The notes under the pieces were generated by a model, which saw nothing but the letters and a program-made list of their open reading frames with translations, had not been told where the DNA came from and searched no databases. From an uncultured Candidatus Sumerlaeota bacterium (lineage in GTDB: Bacteria; CAYMEV01): a stretch of 64,000 bases of DNA. This document shows, in pieces, positions 1 to 8,156 of this stretch (the stretch's first letter is position 1; each line of letters starts with the position of its first letter). The stretch is taken from positions 62,001 to 126,000 of the forward strand of contig CAYMEV010000007.1 in NCBI GenBank assembly GCA_964389675.1, read 5' to 3'. The translations under genes were made by a program, and so were the position numbers.

Positions 1-33
1 TTGTATAAATAAGTTATTAATACCGGTGTAATA

Positions 34-1833
34 ATGAAGAAGCTGCTGAGATTTTTCAGTAATATCAAGCCTTTTATACCATATATGTTCAGGTTTAAGT
101 GGCACTATCTTTTTACTTTAGTATTTCTGGGAACTGCCAATCTGTGCCAGCTGTACATACCCAAAGTACTTAAGAAAGCCGTTGATTCAATATCAGATAC
201 GGCTGTTGCACAGGAAGACATTCAAAGAGTAATACTTACCAGTGCTGTCTATATAGTGGTGCTCGGGCTTGGGATATATTTATCAAGGGTCATATGGAGG
301 ATTTTCCTCTGGCTGACAGGTATTCGCATCAATATTGAGATCAGGGATAAATTCTTTGCTCATCTCGTCGAAATGGATCCCTCATTTTATGAAAAGAACA
401 GGACCGGTGAGCTTATGGCTCTGGCGACCAATGATATTCAGGCTGTGACCCAGTCATTCAGAATGGGTGTTGTATCTCTTTTTGATGGTACATTTATGCT
501 TTTCCTGTCCTTATTTTTCATGCTCAATATTAATCCCAGGCTCACATTTTTTGTGTTTATCCCCTTTCCTGTAATTATGTTCATAACACTGCAGTTTAAT
601 TATAAGATTCACAATACCTTCAAGCAAGTCCAGGAGGTATTTGCTGAAATGACTGAATTTATCAGGGAATATGTCTGGGGAATAAGAATTATCAGGGCTC
701 ATTCAAAAGATGACCTGAATAAGGAAAAATTTGATGCTGTAAATAATAAGGTCATAAAAAAGAATTTAAATCTTGTAAAGGTTCAGGGGCTTTTCTTCCC
801 GTCAATCTTTATCTTTTCCCAGTTTTCTTATCTGATGCTGATATATTTCGGGGGAAAGGATGTCATTCTGAGTAATGTATCCATGGGTGATTTTGTTGCA
901 TTTATGTCATATATTCTTATATTGACATGGCCGACCATGGCCCTTGGCTGGTCAGTCAATATCTTTGAAAGGGGTGCGGCATCCATGAACAGGCTGAACA
1001 GGATATTTGCATTGAAACCCTTTAATGTTGACGGAGATGTTGAATATAAATCCTCAGACCCCCCGGAGATTTTTATAAAGGATCTAAACTTTACTTATCC
1101 GGACTCAGAGAACGGTATAAAGCTGGACTCACTGGTAATCCGGGCAGATTCATTTGTTGGCCTTATTGGAAAAACAGGCAGTGGAAAAAGTACTCTTCTA
1201 AAGCTGATAATGAAGACCTTTACAGCAGATGGAATCTTTATTGATGAAATACCTCTCAAGGATATTAAAACACAATCAATAAGGGATATAATCTCTATTG
1301 TGCCGCAGGATTCCATACTGTTCTCAGCAACTATAAGAGACAATATTGCATTCGGGGATCCTGACGTCCCGGATGATGAGATAGAAAAGGTCATTGATAT
1401 CTGCAGCTTCAGAAAGGACATAAGCAGTTTTCCAAAAGGCCTTGACACTATTGTGGGTGAAAGGGGCATAACACTGTCAGGAGGACAGAAACAGAGAATA
1501 TCCCTTGCAAGGGCAATAATACTCAGGAAACCGGTACTTATGCTGGATGATTGTCTGAGTGCTGTTGATTCAGAGACTGAAAGGCATATACTTCATAATT
1601 TAAAGCAGTTCAGAAGCAATATGTCAATTATTGCAGTCTCTAACAGAATATCTACAGTTATGGATGCAAGCAGAATATATGTATTTAATAATGGAGTTAT
1701 TGAAGCCAGCGGAAAACACGATGAGCTCTTAAAGACATCAAAGACATATTTCGAAATATTTGAAAGGCAGAAACTGCTTTCCGAGATAGAAGAAATTGAG
1801 GGTTATAAGGAGAAAGATGAGCGCCAGGGTTAA
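34..1833 (+). CDS. ABC exporter subunit (fused TMD+NBD), degenerate-site half of a heterodimer
   Basis: N-terminal multi-TM domain; Walker A GKTGSGKST; signature LSGGQ; Walker B MLDD (D in place of catalytic E); H-loop SNR (N in place of H). Confidence 0.92.
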   Translation: MKKLLRFFSNIKPFIPYMFRFKWHYLFTLVFLGTANLCQLYIPKVLKKAVDSISDTAVAQEDIQRVILTSAVYIVVLGLGIYLSRVIWRIFLWLTGIRINIEIRDKFFAHLVEMDPSFYEKNRTGELMALATNDIQAVTQSFRMGVVSLFDGTFMLFLSLFFMLNINPRLTFFVFIPFPVIMFITLQFNYKIHNTFKQVQEVFAEMTEFIREYVWGIRIIRAHSKDDLNKEKFDAVNNKVIKKNLNLVKVQGLFFPSIFIFSQFSYLMLIYFGGKDVILSNVSMGDFVAFMSYILILTWPTMALGWSVNIFERGAASMNRLNRIFALKPFNVDGDVEYKSSDPPEIFIKDLNFTYPDSENGIKLDSLVIRADSFVGLIGKTGSGKSTLLKLIMKTFTADGIFIDEIPLKDIKTQSIRDIISIVPQDSILFSATIRDNIAFGDPDVPDDEIEKVIDICSFRKDISSFPKGLDTIVGERGITLSGGQKQRISLARAIILRKPVLMLDDCLSAVDSETERHILHNLKQFRSNMSIIAVSNRISTVMDASRIYVFNNGVIEASGKHDELLKTSKTYFEIFERQKLLSEIEEIEGYKEKDERQG

Positions 1834-3607
1834 TGAAGAAGAAGCAATAAAAGGGTATTTTGATTTAAAAACGCTGAAAAGAATTATCTCCCTGATGATG
1901 CCTCATAAAAAATTCTTTATCATTGCAGTTATCATTACCGTCATAGTGAGCGCAGTTGATATATCACTGCCAATAGTCATTAAGCAGGCTGTCGATGATT
2001 TTATCCTTAATACCGGTCTGGATGCTGATTCAAGAATATCAGGGCTTATAAACAAGGTATTTATATTTTTAGGGCTTCTTATCCTTTACTTTATATTTAA
2101 TTTTACCCAGATCTTTTTACTGAATTATGGCGGTCAGAAGACCATGGGTGACCTCAGGGATATGGTATTCAGGCACTTCCAGAGCCTCAGGATGTCCTTT
2201 TTTGACCATAATCCCATCGGCAGGCTGGTAACAAGGAATACGAATGATATACAGGCACTGGACCAGATGTTCAGCGAGGTTCTTGTCTATATAATCAAGG
2301 ATTCAATTATTTTAATAGGCATCATGGTTGTGATATTTACATATTCAGTGACATTTGGGTTTTTTCTATTTTTCGTATTTATTCTCCTTGTGATTTCAAC
2401 CATGGTTTATAATGTCCTGTCAACACCTCTTTTCAGGCGTTTCAGAGTGCTTATAGCAAGGATTAATGCTGTGCTATCAGAATATATCATGGGTATGTCA
2501 ATTATCCAGCTCTTCAATCAACAGAAAAGGATAAAGGGTGAATTTTCCAGGCTTAATCTTACATATTATGATGTATGGAAAAAACTCGCCTATGTTTCTG
2601 TTTTTTACAGGCCCTTTGCAAGCCTTATGCGGAGCATATGCATAGCAATGATCATATGGTATGTAGGCGGGAGCATAATTGAAAATAAGCTTACTTTAGG
2701 TGAGCTTACGGCTTTTATTGTATATCTTGACAGGTTTTTTCATCCGATATTTCACATGACAGAGAGGGTGGAGATCATTAAATCCGCAATTGTATCGGGA
2801 GAGAGGGTCTTTAAATTGCTTGATACAAAGGAATTTATAGGACAGAAGCCTGATGCTCTGCATCCTGAAGACTTCAGGCCGGATATAGAATTCAGTGATG
2901 TTTGTTTTGCATATAATGATGACAATTATATACTTAAGCACATTTCTTTCAAGGTTGAAGAAGGAAACCGTGTTGCGGTGGTCGGCAGGACAGGTTCAGG
3001 AAAAACATCCCTTATTAATCTGATCCTGAGATTTTATGAATTTGACAATGGCTCCATTAAAATAGCAGGCCATGACATAAGAAGCCTTGATGTCGGATAT
3101 ATAAGGAAAAATATATCCTATGTAATGCAGGATGTCTATCTTTTTGCGGGGACTGTTAAGGAAAACATTATGTTCGGCCTGGATAAATCATATGAGAAGA
3201 ACCTTGAAGAAATATGCCACAGGATGCAGCTTGATTACCTTATTTCAAAGCTTCCAAAGGGCCTTGACACTCAGATTACTGAGAGAGGAATGTCTTTTTC
3301 ATCCGGCGAGAGGCAGCTGATATCATTTGCAAGGGCTCTTATCAGCAATCCTTCATTGATAGTCCTGGATGAAGCCACTTCAAATATTGACTCCAGGACT
3401 GAACATCTCATACAGCTGGCAATTGAAGAGCTCCTCAGGGACAGGACCTCGATCATTATTGCCCACAGGCTTTCAACGATCAAAAACAGCAGTAAAATAC
3501 TGGTTATGCACAAAGGAAGAATAGTAGAGGAAGGAAGCCACAATAATCTGATTTCCATGAACGGCATATATTCAAAACTCTATTCACTGCAGAAGATACC
3601 TGCATGA
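1817..3607 (+). CDS. ABC exporter subunit (fused TMD+NBD), partner half of the heterodimer
   Basis: ATG at 1817 preceded by AAGGAG; Walker A GRTGSGKT; deviant signature FSSGERQ; Walker B VLDE; AHR switch; overlaps the upstream gene. Confidence 0.92.
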   Translation: MSARVNEEEAIKGYFDLKTLKRIISLMMPHKKFFIIAVIITVIVSAVDISLPIVIKQAVDDFILNTGLDADSRISGLINKVFIFLGLLILYFIFNFTQIFLLNYGGQKTMGDLRDMVFRHFQSLRMSFFDHNPIGRLVTRNTNDIQALDQMFSEVLVYIIKDSIILIGIMVVIFTYSVTFGFFLFFVFILLVISTMVYNVLSTPLFRRFRVLIARINAVLSEYIMGMSIIQLFNQQKRIKGEFSRLNLTYYDVWKKLAYVSVFYRPFASLMRSICIAMIIWYVGGSIIENKLTLGELTAFIVYLDRFFHPIFHMTERVEIIKSAIVSGERVFKLLDTKEFIGQKPDALHPEDFRPDIEFSDVCFAYNDDNYILKHISFKVEEGNRVAVVGRTGSGKTSLINLILRFYEFDNGSIKIAGHDIRSLDVGYIRKNISYVMQDVYLFAGTVKENIMFGLDKSYEKNLEEICHRMQLDYLISKLPKGLDTQITERGMSFSSGERQLISFARALISNPSLIVLDEATSNIDSRTEHLIQLAIEELLRDRTSIIIAHRLSTIKNSSKILVMHKGRIVEEGSHNNLISMNGIYSKLYSLQKIPA

Positions 3608-3774
3608 CATCAGACCCCGGCATATATCATAAATAAAGTATTAGTACGGCCAAGGGCCTGTAATAGCCTTTCAATTGACAGCTTTATTTTTTTGATTTCT
3701 TAAGGGCCTGATTATAAAAATTTGTTTTATGTATGGTGTTTATGGTTTATAATCAAAAGCACAGGGTAAAATAA

Positions 3775-4788
3775 ATGAAAAAGATCAGGCATGCTTTCCT
3801 GCTTCTGATAGTGATTTTTGCATTCGGAGTGTCCGGTTATATAATGATTGAAGGCTGGTCTATCCTTGAAGCTGTTTACATGGTGATAGTGACTATCAGT
3901 ACTGTGGGGTTCAAAGAGGTAAGGGATCTCAGCCCGTCTGGGCAAATATTTACAATAGTCCTTATACTGCTGGGTATAGGAGGAATTACAACCGCTGTAA
4001 GGATAATTGCAGCAAGCTTTTTTGAGGAGCATTTCCAAGAACAATTCAGGAGAAAGAAGATGGAAAAGGAACTGGAAAATATCAAAAACCACTATATTAT
4101 AATAGGATTAGGGGATCTGGGCAAAGAGGTGGCTTACGTGCTTCTTAAATCAAATACCAGGTTCATAATTATTGATGAGAATGAGGAGACACTCCAGAAA
4201 TTTATCGATGATAATGCTAATAAAGGTGAATGCCTTTATATTGTCGGTAATGGTATGGATGAGAACATTCTGAAAAAAGCTAATATAGACAGGGCAATAG
4301 GTGTCGTGATAACAGTAAGCTCGGATGCTGATGCACTTCTCACAGTGATAACAATCAAGGAGCTTAACCCGAAGATCAGGATCATTACCAGGGCAAATAA
4401 TGAAAGGATTAAAAAGAAGTTCCTCAAGGCTGGTGCAGACAGTGTAATAGCTCCAAATTTCCTTATAGGTAACAGGATAGCAAATACACTGCTAAAACCG
4501 CATCTTATAAGTTTTCTGGATACAGTGACAAATGTAGGGAAGGCAAATGTAATACTTGAGGAGATAAAGATTCAAAGGGACAGCAGTATCATAGGCAAGG
4601 CACTGAAAGACCTGCAGATACCCGCAAAAACAGGTTTCATCGTCTTTGCCATTAAAAGGAAAAATCAGGAAATACAGTTCAATCCAGGACCTGCTGACAG
4701 CCTTGATGCCGATGATTCCATCCTGGCTGTCGGCAATTACGACAATATAAACAGGCTTCTGGATTATATCAACAGCTATAATGCATGA
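3775..4788 (+). CDS. Potassium channel protein (2TM pore domain + TrkA-N/TrkA-C RCK domain)
   Basis: TISTVGF selectivity-filter-like motif between two TM helices; IIIGLGDLG Rossmann motif; C-terminal TrkA-C-like segment. Confidence 0.88.
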   Translation: MKKIRHAFLLLIVIFAFGVSGYIMIEGWSILEAVYMVIVTISTVGFKEVRDLSPSGQIFTIVLILLGIGGITTAVRIIAASFFEEHFQEQFRRKKMEKELENIKNHYIIIGLGDLGKEVAYVLLKSNTRFIIIDENEETLQKFIDDNANKGECLYIVGNGMDENILKKANIDRAIGVVITVSSDADALLTVITIKELNPKIRIITRANNERIKKKFLKAGADSVIAPNFLIGNRIANTLLKPHLISFLDTVTNVGKANVILEEIKIQRDSSIIGKALKDLQIPAKTGFIVFAIKRKNQEIQFNPGPADSLDADDSILAVGNYDNINRLLDYINSYNA

Positions 4789-4791
4789 TTA

Positions 4792-6021
4792 TTATATAAG
4801 TATTGCGACAACAGCACCTGTCATAAGTGTAGCTATTGTTCCTGATACAATGGATTTTGGAGCCAGGGATGTTATCTCTTTTGACCTTTCAGGGGCTATT
4901 GAATAAAGCCCTCCTATCATGATACCGAGGCTTCCAAAATTGGCAAAACCGCACATGGCATATGTCAGTATAAGCCTGCTCTTGGCTGACAGGCTGTCAG
5001 CCGGCAGTGAGGCAAGTTCAATATAGGCAAGGAGCTCATTCAGTATGGTTTTTGTACCCATGAGGACACCTGCCTGATGTGCCTCTTTCCATGGAATACC
5101 AATGAGCCACATTACAGGAGTAAATATGTATCCCAGGATAAGCTGAAGCGTGATTGGCTTTTCAAGGGGAATCAACCCAAGAAGCTGGTTTACAATGGAT
5201 ACAAGTGCGACGAGTACTATAAGCATACCGATGATATTAAGGAAAAGCTGCATTCCGTCAAGAGTCCCCTTTGATATTGCATCCATCGGTCCGTTGAATC
5301 TGGTGGCATCATCAATCCTTCCCTCTGTCGGAGGCTTCGTTTCCGGGACAATTATCCTGCTTACAAGTATTGCTGCAGGAGCACTGATAATAGAAGCAGT
5401 GAGTATATTCCCCAGGGAATTCTGTATAACCTTATCGATTATAGTAGCATAAAGCATCAGAACAGTCCCTGCTATTGTTGCCATGCCTGCTGTCATTAAA
5501 ATAAAGAGCTCGCTTCTTGTCATCTTCTTCACATAGGGCTTGATGAGCAATGGGGCTTCTATCATACCTACAAATATATTTGCAGCTGTATTTATGCCTA
5601 CAGCTGCACCGATACCCATTGTCTTTTCGAGGAACTTTGAGAGAGAGGCTATAATAAAGGGGGTAATCTTCCAGTAAAGCAGCAATGCTGAAATAGCACT
5701 GACAACAATGACAATTGGCAACGATCTGAAAGCAAAAACAAAGGACGAGCCTGGATAAGTCTCTGAAAAAGGAAGCTCTGCTCCCCCCAGGTATCCGAAT
5801 ACAAGGCTTGTGCCTTCTCCTGCTGCTTTATCAAGGACATTGACTATTTTATTGAGATATAAGAAAATATTCTGGAATACCGGGAGTTTAAAGAAAAGCA
5901 GAGCTATTGAAAACTGCAGGAAAAGGCCTATAATAAGATTTCTGACCTTGAATATTTTTCTGTTTTCACTAATAATCCATGAAAAGAATAAAAGGACTGC
6001 AATTCCTGATAATGCTCTCAT
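4792..6021 (-). CDS. Concentrative nucleoside transporter (NupC/CNT family)
   Basis: Multi-TM protein with ANIFVGMIEAPL, MATIAG, KTILNE and CGFANFGS motifs typical of CNT. Confidence 0.9.
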   Translation of the reverse strand: MRALSGIAVLLFFSWIISENRKIFKVRNLIIGLFLQFSIALLFFKLPVFQNIFLYLNKIVNVLDKAAGEGTSLVFGYLGGAELPFSETYPGSSFVFAFRSLPIVIVVSAISALLLYWKITPFIIASLSKFLEKTMGIGAAVGINTAANIFVGMIEAPLLIKPYVKKMTRSELFILMTAGMATIAGTVLMLYATIIDKVIQNSLGNILTASIISAPAAILVSRIIVPETKPPTEGRIDDATRFNGPMDAISKGTLDGMQLFLNIIGMLIVLVALVSIVNQLLGLIPLEKPITLQLILGYIFTPVMWLIGIPWKEAHQAGVLMGTKTILNELLAYIELASLPADSLSAKSRLILTYAMCGFANFGSLGIMIGGLYSIAPERSKEITSLAPKSIVSGTIATLMTGAVVAILI

Positions 6022-6184
6022 TTTCTGTCACCAAAATTTTATTATCTATTTATTATTCAAATTACCCAAATGTCAAATGAAAATGGCCAATATAATATCC
6101 ATCTCATATTATAAAAAAATTGAAATTCAGATTAAATTATGCAATAATAACAGGTCGAATATTAGTCAGAAAGGAGGGATTGCA

Positions 6185-8101
6185 ATGAATAAAAAAGCAG
6201 ATCAATTTAATTTTCAGACCGAGGTTCAGAAGGTTTTAGATATATTAATCTATTCTCTTTATACACATAAGGAGATCTTTTTAAGGGAGCTTATATCCAA
6301 TGCTTCAGACGCTCTTGAGAAGGTAAACTATAAACTTCTTACAGAGGAAAGGCAAAACATATCTGATAGCGAGCTTCCACTTGAGATCAGAATAGAGATC
6401 GATGAATCAGACAGGATATTAAGGATTTCAGATACGGGCATAGGTATGAATTATGATGAACTTGCAGATAATCTTGGTACTATCGCTCATTCAGACACAT
6501 ATGAATTTATATCCAAAATGGGTGATAAGAAGGAGTTGCAGAATGATCTTATAGGCCAGTTTGGAGTAGGTTTCTATTCTGTTTTTATGGTTGCCAGGGA
6601 GATTCGTGTGCATTCAAAGTCCTTTGAGAAGGATAGCAGCGCTAATGTTTGGGTATCCAACGGCAGGGATGGCTTTACAATCGAGGACAGTGATTTGAGG
6701 GAAAAAAGGGGGACGACCATAGAGGTCTATCTCAAAGATGAGGAAGAAGAATACTTAAAAAAGGAAAGAATAGAGGAGATCATAAAAAAATACAGCAATT
6801 TTGTAAATTTCCCGATATATATTAATGAAGAGCAGGTAAACAGGATATCCGCCCTGTGGGCCAAGAACAAGAAAGACATTGACAAAGAACAGTACAATGA
6901 GTTTTACAGGTTTATTTCAAAACACCAGGAAGATCCGCTGGCATACCTTCACTTTAAGTTTGATGTACCGTTTCAGTTCAGTTCTCTGCTTTTTGTTCCT
7001 AAGAGCAATCTTGAAAAATACGGCCTTTTTAAATATGATCAGGGAATAAGCCTTTACTGTAAAAGAGTGCTGATTACGACAGATAACAAAGATATTCTGC
7101 CCTCTTATTTAAGGTTTATATATGGTGTCGTTGATTCTGAGGACCTGAACCTTAATGTATCAAGAGAGACAATTCAGAATAATCCGATATTTCAGAAGAT
7201 AAAATCAAACCTGACATCCAAGGTACTGGACTATTTCAGCAGTGTCTCAAAGAATGATGAAGAAGAATACATGAAGATATTCAAGGAATTTGGAAGATTT
7301 TTTAAGGAGGGTGTTCAAACAGACTATACGCATAAAGATAAGCTTATCCCGCTTATCAGGTTCAGTTCAAGCAAGACAGGAGACAATAAGATGATAAGCC
7401 TCAAGGAATATGCCGGGAGGATGAAGGAGGACCAGAAAGAGATATATTACCTTTTATGGCAGGATATGGATACAATTGGAAACAGCCCATATCTTGAGAT
7501 ATTCAATAAGAAAGATATAGAAGTCCTGTACCTTTCAGATCCTCTGGATGAATTTGTGCTTTCATCGCTAAATGAATTTGAGGGGAAAAGGTTTAAAAGC
7601 ATTGAACAGCAGGACCTTGATCTGCTTAAGGATAAGAAGGAGGAAGAAAGCAAAGAAGAAAAAAAAGATGGCCGCGAGAGCCATGATTTTCTTAAATATG
7701 CAAAAGATTTACTGAAAGACAGGGTAATAGATGTAATAGTCTCAAAGAGGCTTGTAGATTCGCCTGCCTGCCTTGTGAATACCCAGAACATGCCCAGTTC
7801 CTATATCCAGAATCTCATGAAGATGATGAATCAGGATATTGAAGGAAAGGAAAAGATACTGGAGGTTAATCCAGATAATATAATAATAAAGAATATAATA
7901 TCACTATATAATGCCATGCCGGATTCAGAAATACTGAAAGAAATTGTAATGCAGATTTATGAAAACGCCTCGATCATTTCTGATAGAATGGTGCAGAAAC
8001 CAGAGGAGATGGTAAAAAGACTTGAGGTCATAATAAAAAAGACAACTGATCTTTTATTGAGCTTTAACGGCCAGGCGCGATCAGAAGAATTCATGAACTG
8101 A
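6185..8101 (+). CDS. htpG: Molecular chaperone HtpG (Hsp90)
   Basis: FLRELISNASDA, DTGIGM, IGQFGVGFYS and LNVSRE motifs. The start is placed at ATG 6185 after AGGAGG; the ORF-track extension to 5810 overlaps the CNT gene. Confidence 0.95.
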   Translation: MNKKADQFNFQTEVQKVLDILIYSLYTHKEIFLRELISNASDALEKVNYKLLTEERQNISDSELPLEIRIEIDESDRILRISDTGIGMNYDELADNLGTIAHSDTYEFISKMGDKKELQNDLIGQFGVGFYSVFMVAREIRVHSKSFEKDSSANVWVSNGRDGFTIEDSDLREKRGTTIEVYLKDEEEEYLKKERIEEIIKKYSNFVNFPIYINEEQVNRISALWAKNKKDIDKEQYNEFYRFISKHQEDPLAYLHFKFDVPFQFSSLLFVPKSNLEKYGLFKYDQGISLYCKRVLITTDNKDILPSYLRFIYGVVDSEDLNLNVSRETIQNNPIFQKIKSNLTSKVLDYFSSVSKNDEEEYMKIFKEFGRFFKEGVQTDYTHKDKLIPLIRFSSSKTGDNKMISLKEYAGRMKEDQKEIYYLLWQDMDTIGNSPYLEIFNKKDIEVLYLSDPLDEFVLSSLNEFEGKRFKSIEQQDLDLLKDKKEEESKEEKKDGRESHDFLKYAKDLLKDRVIDVIVSKRLVDSPACLVNTQNMPSSYIQNLMKMMNQDIEGKEKILEVNPDNIIIKNIISLYNAMPDSEILKEIVMQIYENASIISDRMVQKPEEMVKRLEVIIKKTTDLLLSFNGQARSEEFMN

Positions 8102-8156
8102 TTTTAATAAAAATTTTGCTTTTGCATTCAAAGCGTTTTTTTAGGAGGGCAGCCTT

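Noticed and set aside
34-3607. Degenerate ABC motifs as a novelty, or this pair as exporter for the radical SAM product
   Set aside because: Asymmetric sites are normal for heterodimeric exporters. There is no C39 peptidase domain, and three unrelated genes separate the pair from the cluster.
5810-6184. 125-aa N-terminal extension of HtpG
   Set aside because: It overlaps the antisense CNT gene and AT-rich intergenic DNA; a strong RBS precedes ATG 6185.
6022-6184. CIRCE/HrcA operator upstream of htpG
   Set aside because: No TTAGCACTC-N9-GAGTGCTAA match is visible.
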